DNA of 41,539 bases from an uncultured bacterium (GCA_965372715.1 CBDVDH010000034.1:1-41539); one strand, 5' to 3'. Positions 17,348 through 27,768 are shown, counted from the stretch's first letter. Notes: generated from the sequence alone by a model not told the origin. Numbers and translations: made by a program.

Positions 17348-18504
17348 TTGCCCCCAGACTCAACGCGGCTTCTAAGAACCGACAGCAAGAGGCTGACCGT
17401 TATCAGGTTTGCAAGCATCCCGCTCCCGCCGTAGCTTATGAAAGGCAGGCTGATACCCGTCGTCGGCATCAATCCCAGCACAACACAGATGTTCATGAAG
17501 CTCTGGATACCCAGGCTCATCGCCAGGCCGAAACCGAGCAGTCTTGCGAAGTATATGTCGAGCGACAGGCTGAGCATTATTCCCCTAGCCACGAGCGTCA
17601 AGAAGAGCACTATTATTACTGTCCCAGCGATGAACCCGCCATCCTCGGCAAGCGATGCGAACGCGAAGTCATTGAAGCTCTCGGCGAGCACCAGATGCTT
17701 TTGCATGCCTTTGCCCAGACCCATGCCGAGGACCCCGCCCGAGCCCATCGCGGTGAACGCCTGTCTCAGGTGCCACGGTGCGTCTGTTGGGTCAACTAGA
17801 TAGGCCACAAAATCAACCACCCTCTTTCTGAAGTGGGGTGATATGTGATACGCACAGAGTCCGGAAGGCAGCGTCAACGCAGCCAGTGCCGCGATGTGCG
17901 TGAGCCTGGTCTGGGCAACGAAATAGACCGAGACGCAGATCAGGCCCAGCAGCCCGGCGGTGCCGTAGTCCGGCTCGGCGGCGACCAAGAGGACGACCAG
18001 CGAGACTACCGGTAACGTCGCCATGAAGACCCTCACCGACCCGTGGCGCTTCTGGCGCTGGGTCCAGATCACCGAAGCCAGGAACAATGGAAGGGTGAAT
18101 TTGGCCAGCTCGCTCGGCTGAAAACAGAAACCATAAACGCTGAGCCACCTCGTTGCCCCCCTGTGGGTCACGCCAATACCGGGGACAAGCACAAGCGCCA
18201 GCAGACAAACCGTCAGAAGCATCAGCGGCCAACTGAGCCTCGGCAAGGCCTCAAACCGGACCAAAGATACCCCAATAGCAACCCCCAGCGCAAGAGCGGC
18301 ACATACCACATGCCTCGCCAGGTAATAGTAAGGGGTTCCGTGTTCGTTCGCGGAACGAAGCATCGTCGCAGAGAAGACCATGATTATCCCCACAGCGAGG
18401 AGTACAACCACGATGGAGATGATTACATGATCCAGCCCCGACAACCTGCGAGAAATGCTACTCGGCTTGCGCAACCCCAATCCCCTTTCCCTCGAAGTAC
18501 TCAA
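17344..18504 (-). CDS. ftsW: Peptidoglycan polymerase FtsW (SEDS family)
   Basis: GATRWL, QPSELAK, EPDYGT, G.GLGKG, PTTGISLPFISYGGS; true start may be a few codons downstream (TTG 18474). Confidence 0.93.
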   Translation of the reverse strand: MSTSRERGLGLRKPSSISRRLSGLDHVIISIVVVLLAVGIIMVFSATMLRSANEHGTPYYYLARHVVCAALALGVAIGVSLVRFEALPRLSWPLMLLTVCLLALVLVPGIGVTHRGATRWLSVYGFCFQPSELAKFTLPLFLASVIWTQRQKRHGSVRVFMATLPVVSLVVLLVAAEPDYGTAGLLGLICVSVYFVAQTRLTHIAALAALTLPSGLCAYHISPHFRKRVVDFVAYLVDPTDAPWHLRQAFTAMGSGGVLGMGLGKGMQKHLVLAESFNDFAFASLAEDGGFIAGTVIIVLFLTLVARGIMLSLSLDIYFARLLGFGLAMSLGIQSFMNICVVLGLMPTTGISLPFISYGGSGMLANLITVSLLLSVLRSRVESGGK

Positions 18505-19861
18505 GCACGGCTTCTTTGAAGCTGGCGCCTCGATCGCGAAAGTCCGTGAACATGTCGAAGCTGCTGCACCCAGGGGACAGCAGAATCACGTCCCCGCTAG
18601 CGGCAAGGCTCGCCGCCATCGCCACGATGTCCCGGATATCGCCCTGATTGCGCATAACCGGCAGGCGCCGGCCAAGAGCCTCCTGGATCTTCGGGCCCGC
18701 CTCACCAATCGCGATGACCGTCTTGATTCGGTTCCTTCCAGCCCTGAGAATCTCTTTGTAGTCGCATCCCTTATCCCGTCCGCCAGCGATCAGGATGATC
18801 GGCTCGTCGAACGCCTCAATCGCTTTTGTTACCGACAGAGTGTTGGTTGCGTGGGAATCATCAACGAAGGTTATTCCCCTGAACACGGCGAATACCTCAA
18901 GCGTGTGAGGTGAAAGCTCGAACCCATTGATGGCGTCCTTCAGCGCCCCCGCGGATACCCCACAGTTGATCGCCAGGGCGGCCGCGGCCATGACATTCTC
19001 CACGTTGTGCAGGCCCGGCAGAGCGATGTCTGAGCGCTTCAATAACAAAACGACGTCGCCGCCTGTGACCGAGATGATACGGTCCGAATCCAAGAAGACG
19101 CCGTTGACCCCGCCGGGGTCATCAACGCCGAAGCACATCCGTGGTGGTGTTACATCGCGCGTCAGCTCCAGAAGCTTGACGTCCCCGGCGTTTACGACCA
19201 GAAAGTCGTCGGCGCCTTGGTTCTCAAAGATGCGGAGCTTTGCGGCGTAGTATTCCTCGAGGCTTGAGTAGCGGTCGAGGTGATCGACCCCGAGGTTCGT
19301 GACGCAAGCGATATGCGGTCTGAAGGTCTCGATGGTCTCGAGCTGGAAGCTGCTCACTTCGGCGACGACCTTCGCGTCCGGCGACAGGGCCAAGACCTTC
19401 TCGCAGAGCGGCTCGTCAGGCAGGTTTCCCCCGACGATAGATTCGACCCCAGCGGCGCAGAGCATGCGGTGCAGAAGCCGCGCGGTCGTTGATTTACCCT
19501 TGGTGCCCGTTATCGCGAGGAACTCACAATCGCACAGCATAAACGATAGCTCTAGCTCACCTATCACCGGGGCGCCGGACTCCCGGGCCTGCTGGAGAGG
19601 TTCAATAGCGGTCGGCACGCCAGGGCTGACAACTACCATCTCTGCGTGGCGCATGACGTTGCTTGGCGCCTCACCCAGGTGAGACCGTATTCCGTGCCGT
19701 CTCAAGACCTCGGCTCGCTCCCTTAGGACCTGGCCATCCGCGTGGTCCACGACGGTTACTTCGGCGCCGAGTCCTGCAAGCACCCGTGATGCGGCATTGC
19801 CGGACGCGCCGAGCCCGAAGACGACGATCCGTTTGCCCTCAAAATCGCCCTTGAAACGCAT
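18458..19861 (-). CDS. murD: UDP-N-acetylmuramoyl-L-alanine--D-glutamate ligase
   Basis: GLGASG, SPGVP, ITGTKGKST, EVSSFQLE, DHLDRY, GGRDKG, LLSPGCSSFD. Confidence 0.95.
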   Translation of the reverse strand: MRFKGDFEGKRIVVFGLGASGNAASRVLAGLGAEVTVVDHADGQVLRERAEVLRRHGIRSHLGEAPSNVMRHAEMVVVSPGVPTAIEPLQQARESGAPVIGELELSFMLCDCEFLAITGTKGKSTTARLLHRMLCAAGVESIVGGNLPDEPLCEKVLALSPDAKVVAEVSSFQLETIETFRPHIACVTNLGVDHLDRYSSLEEYYAAKLRIFENQGADDFLVVNAGDVKLLELTRDVTPPRMCFGVDDPGGVNGVFLDSDRIISVTGGDVVLLLKRSDIALPGLHNVENVMAAAALAINCGVSAGALKDAINGFELSPHTLEVFAVFRGITFVDDSHATNTLSVTKAIEAFDEPIILIAGGRDKGCDYKEILRAGRNRIKTVIAIGEAGPKIQEALGRRLPVMRNQGDIRDIVAMAASLAASGDVILLSPGCSSFDMFTDFRDRGASFKEAVLEYFEGKGIGVAQAE

Positions 19862-19866
19862 CAGAC

Positions 19867-20949
19867 CTACTTCACCTTGACGACGACCACTGCGATAAGG
19901 CTGAATATGAATGATATTATCAGCATCCTGGAGACCACCTTCGCCTCGTGCCAGCCCTTGAGCTCCAGGTGGTGATGAAACGGCGCCATGAGAAAGGCTC
20001 TCTTGCCTGTGGTCTTGAAGCCCGCGACTTGAACGATCACGGAGACTGCCTCGATGACGAAAACGCCGCCCAGAATCGGCAGCAGGAACTCCTGCTTACA
20101 CAATAGTGCGACTGCGCCGATTGTGCCGCCTATCGCCATTGAGCCCGTGTCCCCCATAAAGACCTGAGCAGGAAACGTATTCCACCAGAGAAAGCCGAGT
20201 CCAGCCCCAAAGAGGCCCAGGCATACAACAGAGGCCTCGCCGCTGCCCCTTATGAACATGGTGTGCAAATAATCTGCGAGTATCCTGTGCCCCGCCACGT
20301 ATGCCAGCGCCCCAAGCGTGAGGATGGTCATGCTCGACACTCCAATAGCGAGTCCGTCAAGGCCATCGGTTAGGTTCACGGCATTTGTCGTTGCCACGAG
20401 AACGACGGCCACGACGATGAGGTACGCCAAGCCAAAATTCGCGACCGTGTGCTTGATAAAGGGAAACTGAAGCGACGTAACACCAGGCTCTTCACAAAAT
20501 GTGATAAACAGGACCCCAATTGCGAGCGCTATCGTCAGTTGTAGCGCTATCTTGAACCTGGCGGAAAGCCCCTTCGAGCTCTTTCTTGCGACCTTCTGAA
20601 TGTCGTCCGCAAATCCCAACAGCCCATAAGCAACAAGTGCTGCCAGTGTTATCCAGACATATACGTTTGCGAGGTTCCCCCACAACAGAACCGAGATGAA
20701 CACGCTCAGCACTATCATGACGCCGCCTGCCGTCGGGGTGCCTTTCTTGGCAAGATGCCCCTCCGGGCCATCCTCCCGAATGAACTGCGTGAGACCTCGC
20801 TTCTGGAGCTGGCGGATTAGAAATGGCCCTAAGATGAAGCAGATGCAAAGCGACGTCACAAGGGCGCCAGCGCCGCGCAGCGTAATATACCTGAACACGT
20901 TGAGCGGCGAAAAATGCTCCTGCAGCGGCAATATCAGATGATAGAACAA
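19867..20949 (-). CDS. mraY: Phospho-N-acetylmuramoyl-pentapeptide transferase
   Basis: KKGTPTAGG, GFADD, NAVNLTDGLDGL, FMGDTGS, APFHHHLE. Confidence 0.97.
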   Translation of the reverse strand: MFYHLILPLQEHFSPLNVFRYITLRGAGALVTSLCICFILGPFLIRQLQKRGLTQFIREDGPEGHLAKKGTPTAGGVMIVLSVFISVLLWGNLANVYVWITLAALVAYGLLGFADDIQKVARKSSKGLSARFKIALQLTIALAIGVLFITFCEEPGVTSLQFPFIKHTVANFGLAYLIVVAVVLVATTNAVNLTDGLDGLAIGVSSMTILTLGALAYVAGHRILADYLHTMFIRGSGEASVVCLGLFGAGLGFLWWNTFPAQVFMGDTGSMAIGGTIGAVALLCKQEFLLPILGGVFVIEAVSVIVQVAGFKTTGKRAFLMAPFHHHLELKGWHEAKVVSRMLIISFIFSLIAVVVVKVK

Positions 20950-20987
20950 GTCGTTTGGCCCCTATATATCGCCGATGCTTTCGACAT

Positions 20988-22436
20988 TCAGTTGCTCACC
21001 ATTTCCTGGCGCGACTTCTCGCACAGATTGTGCACGAGGCGATCAAGCGCCCATGCCCGCGAGCCTTTTATCAAGACCCAGGCGCCGCCCTTTATGTCAT
21101 CAAGCGCCTTTCGCAGGTCAAACAGGGACGGGCTGTGTTGTATTCGGTCGGAGGGCATTCCCGAATCGCGCGCCCCTTTTGCGATATGTTCCGAAAGCGG
21201 CCCAAGCAGTAGGAGCCGGTCTATGGCTCGGGCGCCGATGAATATGCCGATCTTATAGTGTTCGGACTCGGCTATCTCGCCGAGCTCAAGCATATCGCCA
21301 AGGACAAGGATGGCCGGCCTCTCAGGCTCGACCTTACTGCGCAACTCCAGCAGCGCATCGACAGCGGCGCGAACCGCCGCCGGTGATGAGTTGTACGAGT
21401 CATCAAGTATCTTGAGTCGCCCATCGTCGCTCGTGACCAGGTTGAGGCGATGTGGGAGAGGACTTGTGTTTAGGAGTCCATCAGCGACGGCCTGCCACGA
21501 CATGCCCATGTGTTTCCCAACGGCGACAGCAGCAAGCGCGTTCTTGACGTTGTGGGTCCCCAGGAGGGGGCATCTGAAAGAGAAAGAACTACCGCGGTGA
21601 GCAACGGCAAAGGCTATCCCGTCCTCCCCTAACGCCTTCACATTCTCAGCCCTGAAATCGCCGCCCGATAGGCCAAAACCCACCACCTCACACTTGGCCA
21701 GATGAGACCGGCTCTGCAACCGCCCATCGTCTGCGTTCAGGAAAAGCGCACCATCGGACGGGAGCTTGGCGAACAACTCGGCCTTTGCGTCCGCCACGTC
21801 GTCGAGGGACCCGAAGAACTCCGTATGACAGGTGGATACATTCGTTACGACGCCGATATTAGGCTCACAGATGTCAGCGAGCTGCGCTATTTCGCCCTTC
21901 GCGCTCATCCCTAGTTCCAGGATAAGGTACTCACAATTGGCCTTGGCCTTGAAGATCGAAAGCGGCAGGCCATAAACGTTGTTGTAGTTATTGATAGACC
22001 TGTCGGCCTTGCCCGCGCGGCGCAGAACCGCGTAGATGAGCTCCCTCGCGGCGGTCTTGCCCAGGCTGCCGGTCACTGCGATGACATTCGCCCGAAGCTT
22101 GCGGCGGAAGAAATTGCCGAGCTTTGCCAGCGCCTGGGTTGTGTCTGACACAGTGATGAGCGGCCCAGGCCCCTCCTCCGCCGATTCATCGCGCCTCGAC
22201 CCACGCTGCCACCTGACCCTCGAGACGATCGCGCAGCAGGCCCCTTTTAAGAATGCCTTCTCAACGAAATCGTTCCCGTTGAAGTGCTTGCCCTTGACGG
22301 CAACGAAAACATCGCCCTTCTTGAGTGTGCGTGTATCGATCGAGAAGCTGGTCGTGTACGTCGGATGAAGCGGCGGATACATGAACTGCCCGTCAACAAC
22401 CCTCGCAAGCTGTTGTATCTGAATCGGCCTGGTCAT
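20988..22436 (-). CDS. murF: UDP-N-acetylmuramoyl-tripeptide--D-alanyl-D-alanine ligase
   Basis: IDTRTL, VTGSLGKT, NN.YGLP, ELGMS..GEI, DDSYNSSP, GDMLELG, KGSR; ATG 22436 overlaps murE stop with GGGAGG RBS. Confidence 0.95.
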   Translation of the reverse strand: MTRPIQIQQLARVVDGQFMYPPLHPTYTTSFSIDTRTLKKGDVFVAVKGKHFNGNDFVEKAFLKGACCAIVSRVRWQRGSRRDESAEEGPGPLITVSDTTQALAKLGNFFRRKLRANVIAVTGSLGKTAARELIYAVLRRAGKADRSINNYNNVYGLPLSIFKAKANCEYLILELGMSAKGEIAQLADICEPNIGVVTNVSTCHTEFFGSLDDVADAKAELFAKLPSDGALFLNADDGRLQSRSHLAKCEVVGFGLSGGDFRAENVKALGEDGIAFAVAHRGSSFSFRCPLLGTHNVKNALAAVAVGKHMGMSWQAVADGLLNTSPLPHRLNLVTSDDGRLKILDDSYNSSPAAVRAAVDALLELRSKVEPERPAILVLGDMLELGEIAESEHYKIGIFIGARAIDRLLLLGPLSEHIAKGARDSGMPSDRIQHSPSLFDLRKALDDIKGGAWVLIKGSRAWALDRLVHNLCEKSRQEMVSN

Positions 22437-23959
22437 GGCGTCCTCCCGTCCTTTAGGCAATGTCCCATGTCCCAAAGTAGCTCCCGCGCAACGACGCGGT
22501 CGTCGAATGGGTATCTCGCTGTCCCTACGATCTGGTGCGGCTCGTGGCCCTTGCCAAGTATGACCACAACATCCCCCGACGCGGCGTTTTTGAGAGCAAG
22601 CTCGATCGCCTTGCGCCGGTCCGGCTCTATCAGGACCTCAGCCGACGCCACAGACCTGGCGCCTCGTTCGACCTGCTGGACGATCTTGATTGGGTCCTCG
22701 GTTCTGGGGTTGTCGGACGTGATCACGCAAAGGTCGCTTGATTCTGCCGCTATTCGTCCCATAGGGGCGCGCTTAGTAGGGTCACGGTCCCCGCCTGCAC
22801 CGAGCACCGTAATTATCCGCCCGGTTGTCAACTGCCTTGCCGTGGCAATCGTCTTGGCTACGGCGTCGGAGGTGTGGGCAAAATCGACAACAACGAGGAA
22901 ATCCTGCCCGCAAGAGACCTTCTCAAAGCGTCCCGGAACCCCATCAAGCGACGCGATGCCGCCAGCTATTTGCTCAGCCGTCAGGCCAACCACGGCCGAT
23001 GCTGCTATGGCAGCCAGGCAGTTCTCAACCGCGTGAGCGCCTATCAACGACGTCTTGACCTCGAACACTACGTCCGGGGCCCTAACCTCGAATACCGTCC
23101 CATCTCCCGACAGGCGAATCCCGCTTGCCAGAAAATCTGCGCTCTCATTTGACATCGAGAATGTCAGCGTCTCGACCTTTGACGCGGCCAGAAATCTATC
23201 GGAATGGCCATCGTCCAAGTTCACTACTGCCTTAGCGTCGGGCGACGCTGAGGGGTCAAGGTGACGCTCGAAGAACCTGAGTTTGGCGGCCATGTAGTTC
23301 TCAAACGTCCCATGGAAATCAAGGTGTTCGCGGGTTATGTTCGTGAAGATGCCCATCTCGAATCGGCACCCGTCGACGCGCCTCTGTGCAAGCCCGTGCG
23401 AGGACGTCTCAAGAAGCACCCAGCGAACTTCCTTCTTGCGCATGTCGGACAGAAGACGTTGCAGCGATACCGGGTCAGGCGTTGTGAGTGAGGCCTGCTC
23501 CTTGCGCCCAGGGTAACGGTAGCTGATCGTCCCAATGACGCCAACTGTGGCGTCGGCGCCAAGAATTGACTCCAAGAGATACGAAACGCTGGTCTTCCCA
23601 TTAGTGCCGACGATGCCAATTAGCTTCATGTGCTCGCTGGGCCTGCCGAAGTAGTTCGACGCCGCAACCGAGAGGGCAGAACGCGCGTCTTCGACAAGGA
23701 CGAGCGTCGGGCGGCCCTCCGGAGCATACCGGCTCACGTCGGCAAGGACCTCCTTCCGATCCAGGACAACTCCGGCTGCGCCGCCTTTGATTGCGTCCAG
23801 AATGAAGTCGTGCCCATCTCTAGAGAACCCGGGGAGGGCAAAGAACACTGTGGAGGGCGAGGCGCTGGAGGAAGAGCAGGATAGGCCCGAAATCTCGACG
23901 GTCAAATCACCCAGTGCAGCTTGCGTGGGAATGTCCTTCAAGACGTCGCTGAGCCTCAA
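22433..23959 (-). CDS. murE: UDP-N-acetylmuramoyl-dipeptide--meso-diaminopimelate ligase
   Basis: GTNGKTS, TTPD, ETSSHG, EHLDFH, DFAHT, GGDRD, DNPR (mDAP-type), GKGHE; TTG 23959 overlaps ftsI TGA. Confidence 0.94.
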   Translation of the reverse strand: MRLSDVLKDIPTQAALGDLTVEISGLSCSSSSASPSTVFFALPGFSRDGHDFILDAIKGGAAGVVLDRKEVLADVSRYAPEGRPTLVLVEDARSALSVAASNYFGRPSEHMKLIGIVGTNGKTSVSYLLESILGADATVGVIGTISYRYPGRKEQASLTTPDPVSLQRLLSDMRKKEVRWVLLETSSHGLAQRRVDGCRFEMGIFTNITREHLDFHGTFENYMAAKLRFFERHLDPSASPDAKAVVNLDDGHSDRFLAASKVETLTFSMSNESADFLASGIRLSGDGTVFEVRAPDVVFEVKTSLIGAHAVENCLAAIAASAVVGLTAEQIAGGIASLDGVPGRFEKVSCGQDFLVVVDFAHTSDAVAKTIATARQLTTGRIITVLGAGGDRDPTKRAPMGRIAAESSDLCVITSDNPRTEDPIKIVQQVERGARSVASAEVLIEPDRRKAIELALKNAASGDVVVILGKGHEPHQIVGTARYPFDDRVVARELLWDMGHCLKDGRTP

Positions 23960-25824
23960 CTTGAGCCAGCCTTCGATCGCGGAGTCCGTGCCATCCGCAA
24001 GAAGGGCGGCTTTCTCGAGCCAAGATACGCAAGCACATGGCCTGCAACAGCGGAGAAAATGGGGGCAGCAACTGTGCTCCCCCATATTTCTCGCTGTTTA
24101 TGTCGCGGGCTGAAGACACTTATTAGAAGCGCGATTTGTGGGTCTTCAGCTGGCGCGAAACCTGTAAAGGAGGTGATGAGGTCGTTGTGTGAATAGCACC
24201 CTGCCTCGTCATCGAACACTTGAGCCGTGCCCGTCTTACCGCACACGGAGACGCCCGGAACGCTTGCCCTGTGCCCTGAGCCATTGGTTACGACCTTGTG
24301 CATCATTCCTGCAACAGTTCTTGCCGTGTTGGCTTGAACGACTCTCCTGATAACCCTGGGACTCGTTCGATGAATGATGTTGCCGTCGGCATCTTGAACC
24401 GCCGCAAGGATGTAGGGCTGCATCAGCAACCCATCGTTGGCAATCGCAGAAACGGCCGACACAAGTGAAAGCGCAGAGACAGAAATGCCTTGACCGAAAG
24501 AGACAAAACACGTATATTCGTCATCCCACAGCGAGAGCTTCCTAACCCCCGGCGCCGGCTCCGCAAACAGGCCAAGCCCGGGCTTGTCAAGGAACCCGAA
24601 TCGCATCAAATACTCGTGTAGAAGGTGAGGCGTGAGCCTCATGCCTATCTTCGACATGCCGATATTGCTAGAGTTCACCACGATATCCTCGACCGTCAGC
24701 TCGCCGAATGGGCGCCAGTCCGAGATTGTGGATTTCCCGACTTTCAAGGAGCCGTTCTCGCAGAAGAATGTCTCGAAGGGGCGCACGATGTTCATGTCGA
24801 GGGCCGCCGCGACCACAAAGACCTTGACAAGCGAGCCTGGCTCATAAAGGTCCGTCAAGCAGCGTGCCTTATAGAGCGCGCCCGGCGCCCGAAGATCAGC
24901 AAGGTACTCAGGCTTGTTACGACCGCGGTCAGGAAGAATGTAGCTTTCGGTATAGTCTGATGAAGAATATGAGGGAAACGTCGCCATCCCCAGAATCGCG
25001 CCCGTTTTCGGGTCCATTATCACACCGAGCGCGAGCGGTGCGTCCCACGCCTCACAAGCCTCGCGAAGGTGCTTGTAAAGAATATGTTGGATGATGTTGT
25101 CGATCGTGAGGATGATGTCGTGACCATCAGTGGGGGGCCTCAACACCTCTTGCGGAAGAGGCGTGCCTTTGAGGCGCACGTATGGGTTTATCACGAGTGT
25201 GCCCGGGATACCGGAAAGCTGCCCGTTGAAGCGGCGCTCGGCGCCCTCAAGCGCATCGCCCTGAGCGTTGACAAACCCGACGATGTTGCTGGCGCAATCC
25301 GATGTGTAAAAGCGCTGATGCTCAACGGTGCTGCCGACGCCCGGAACGTGAAGAGCCTGAATCCTCACAGCTGTGTCTTCATCGCAAAAACGACGCAGCC
25401 GGACGAATCTTCGCTCGTCCCCGAAGACATCGTCCACCTTGCGCCTCGGTATGCCCGGAAACCCAGTAAGTTGCTTCCTTGCCAGTTCCTTCTCCTCATC
25501 GGTCAACCCGTGGGAGCAGGCCCAAAAAGACAACGTCTCACGACATCCGGCGAGCGTCCGCATCCGGCAGTCAAGTATCTGCCCGCGACTCGCCGGAATC
25601 GGCAGCCGTCTCGTGTGAATTGACTCAGCGATCCTCTTGTAGTCGCCGTGCTTGAGCATCTGAATGCAGACCAGCCTGAAGATGGCCAGGCCCGCGATCA
25701 GGATAAACACCAGAAGCACTGCCAGCATTCGCACGGCCTGCGAATCGAGCTTTCGCGGCCGCCGAGAATGCACGATGTCACCCGCTGTCGGCCCCTGACG
25801 CCGATTACCGTTCGTGGGCGGCAA
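23956..25824 (-). CDS. ftsI: Class B penicillin-binding protein FtsI (PBP3)
   Basis: N-terminal TM, RGQILD, EPGSLVK (SxxK), SSN, KTGT; GAGGT RBS before TTG. Confidence 0.94.
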   Translation of the reverse strand: MPPTNGNRRQGPTAGDIVHSRRPRKLDSQAVRMLAVLLVFILIAGLAIFRLVCIQMLKHGDYKRIAESIHTRRLPIPASRGQILDCRMRTLAGCRETLSFWACSHGLTDEEKELARKQLTGFPGIPRRKVDDVFGDERRFVRLRRFCDEDTAVRIQALHVPGVGSTVEHQRFYTSDCASNIVGFVNAQGDALEGAERRFNGQLSGIPGTLVINPYVRLKGTPLPQEVLRPPTDGHDIILTIDNIIQHILYKHLREACEAWDAPLALGVIMDPKTGAILGMATFPSYSSSDYTESYILPDRGRNKPEYLADLRAPGALYKARCLTDLYEPGSLVKVFVVAAALDMNIVRPFETFFCENGSLKVGKSTISDWRPFGELTVEDIVVNSSNIGMSKIGMRLTPHLLHEYLMRFGFLDKPGLGLFAEPAPGVRKLSLWDDEYTCFVSFGQGISVSALSLVSAVSAIANDGLLMQPYILAAVQDADGNIIHRTSPRVIRRVVQANTARTVAGMMHKVVTNGSGHRASVPGVSVCGKTGTAQVFDDEAGCYSHNDLITSFTGFAPAEDPQIALLISVFSPRHKQREIWGSTVAAPIFSAVAGHVLAYLGSRKPPFLRMARTPRSKAGSS

Positions 25825-26128
25825 TTGTCTTTACCTCACGATTTGAGTAGTGCCTTGACAGAATGACCATCTCCTGGGGTTCCGGCCGAACAAAGCCTAA
25901 CCTTTCAGCGCTCTTCTCCAGCGCCGGAAGGCTGCTTAATTGCAGCAGCTCCTCCCTGAAACCATCACCGCGCCTGGCCAGGCTCCCATACTCCGATTCG
26001 AGCGCCGATATCTCCCACTTCAAGTTCATGATGCGGAAGCCTTGCCACAGGTAGAACAGCGCGCTGGCGACCAGAATGCCGATGGTGAGCAAATAAAACA
26101 TCGTATCACCTAGCCTCGCAGACCTCAT
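25805..26128 (-). CDS. ftsL: Cell division protein FtsL
   Basis: Single TM plus coiled coil ending LEKSAERLGFVRP; lies between rsmH and ftsI. Confidence 0.8.
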   Translation of the reverse strand: MRSARLGDTMFYLLTIGILVASALFYLWQGFRIMNLKWEISALESEYGSLARRGDGFREELLQLSSLPALEKSAERLGFVRPEPQEMVILSRHYSNREVKTIAAHER

Positions 26129-26131
26129 CGT

Positions 26132-27085
26132 CTAGAGCCTCTCGACCACCCTAAGCCCCGCGCTACGGCTGCGACTGTTTGCCGCAACCTCCGAGGCCGA
26201 CGGGCTGATCGCGCGCCTGGTCACGATCCGAACCTCAGGCTTCCGGCCACAGGTGCACACCGGCGCCTCGCTCGGGCAGACGCAACCCTTTTCATATTCA
26301 CGGAAGACACGCTTGGTCAGCCTGTGGCTCAGCGACTCGTAGCAAATGACCAACAGCCGGCCGCCGCTGGCAAGGAGTCCGACGCTCTGCCTCAGACCCG
26401 CCTCGAGAACCTCATGCTCCCGATTGACAGCGATGCGAATCGCCTGGAACACCTTCGCTAAGAAGCTCTCTCGCTTACCGTAAGCAATCCGGCGACCGAC
26501 CGAGCGCTTTACGACCTCCACGAGCTCGCCGGTTGTTTCTATCGGGCGCCCGCGTCGTGACTCCACAATCGCCGAGGCTATCCGCCCAGCGAACGGAACC
26601 TCGCCATAGTCCCGCAGAATCGTGCGAAGGCTCACGGTATTCTCCTGATTGACAACATCCCTTGCGGTCCTTGTTTGCGAATTCCGGCTATAGCGCATGT
26701 CAAGCGGCCCATCCAGAGAAAAGCTGAAACCTCGCTCCGGCGTGTCGATGTCATAGCTCGAGACGCCGGTGTCTATCAGAATTGTGTCCGCGACCCTCAC
26801 GCCAGCCCCGTGAAGAATACTGCCCAAATCCTCGTAGGACCCCCGAATCATCATCGCCCGTTCTCCGTAGGGCTCGAGGCGCTCCTTGCAGAGCCAAAGC
26901 ACATCTTCATCGATCTCAATCCCAACAACCGAGGCGGCGGGGAAGCGCTCAAGAACCGCCCGGGCATGGCCGCCCAGGCCCACGGTAGCATCGACGAAGA
27001 TGCTCTCGTCAGTCACATGCCGAAGGTTATCCAAAACCTCCCGAACCAGAACTGGACGATGAATATCTCCCAAGGGCTCCCTCAT
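26132..27085 (-). CDS. rsmH: 16S rRNA C1402 N4-methyltransferase RsmH (MraW)
   Basis: HRPVL, DATVGLGGHA, RGFSF..DGPLDMR, FQAIRIAVN.E, N.RSRSA.LR. Confidence 0.95.
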   Translation of the reverse strand: MREPLGDIHRPVLVREVLDNLRHVTDESIFVDATVGLGGHARAVLERFPAASVVGIEIDEDVLWLCKERLEPYGERAMMIRGSYEDLGSILHGAGVRVADTILIDTGVSSYDIDTPERGFSFSLDGPLDMRYSRNSQTRTARDVVNQENTVSLRTILRDYGEVPFAGRIASAIVESRRGRPIETTGELVEVVKRSVGRRIAYGKRESFLAKVFQAIRIAVNREHEVLEAGLRQSVGLLASGGRLLVICYESLSHRLTKRVFREYEKGCVCPSEAPVCTCGRKPEVRIVTRRAISPSASEVAANSRSRSAGLRVVERL

Positions 27086-27121
27086 AAACCCCCCCTCGGG
27101 GAATGAAAAAAACAGCCTCTG

Positions 27122-27682
27122 CTATTGACCGGACGAGCCGTCCGCCGATTCGTCCTGATCACCAGCAGCGGTCTGTTTAATAGGCGACGACCTCAACTCG
27201 GCCGACTCGGAGACCTTCCGCTCAAAATCATCTACTGAGGGCGCGGAGGAAAACCAGGCGTCAAATTCAACCTCCGACCAAATCTCCAGCCAACCTCGCA
27301 TCCAGACCAAGACAGCGTGCGAGCCGATCTTCGTCATGTTCTGCATCTCTTTCGAAAGCGTCAGCCGTCCCTCTCGGTCAAGGCCCTTGATCTCGGTCCC
27401 AGCCATGAACCTTCGCCTGGCATCAACGTCGTCAGGGTGCGAGCTGTCGCCCTTGATAATCCGCAGATACTTCGCCTCGTACCTCTCCTTAGCAAGGACG
27501 TCTATCCTGTACTTGTCCGCAACGAGATAGACGACCCAATCGCCCCTCAACTCGTCCTCATAAGTGGAGCGATAACGACCGGGAATCGTGATACGTCCCT
27601 TCGCGTCGATGGGGACGCGCCGCATCCCCTGGCCGAAAGTCAGGGCGTCAGGTCCTGTATCAGACGTGCTTCTTCTGGCCAT
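27122..27682 (-). CDS. mraZ: Transcriptional regulator MraZ
   Basis: Two DxxGR motifs (IDAKGRITIP, LDREGRLTL) and LEIWS; first gene of the dcw cluster. Confidence 0.88.
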   Translation of the reverse strand: MARRSTSDTGPDALTFGQGMRRVPIDAKGRITIPGRYRSTYEDELRGDWVVYLVADKYRIDVLAKERYEAKYLRIIKGDSSHPDDVDARRRFMAGTEIKGLDREGRLTLSKEMQNMTKIGSHAVLVWMRGWLEIWSEVEFDAWFSSAPSVDDFERKVSESAELRSSPIKQTAAGDQDESADGSSGQ

Positions 27683-27768
27683 CTAAAGACCCCTCTTTGA
27701 CAGCGAGTCGCTGCTGTCGCGCCTCGATGTGGCGACGCGCCGTCAAGTGTATTGTGTCGCTATTTGGG

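Noticed and set aside
23960-24085. Cys-rich N-terminal extension of MurE in the ORF track
   Set aside because: Overlaps the ftsI coding end; the TTG at 23959 overlapping the ftsI stop gives a normal MurE start
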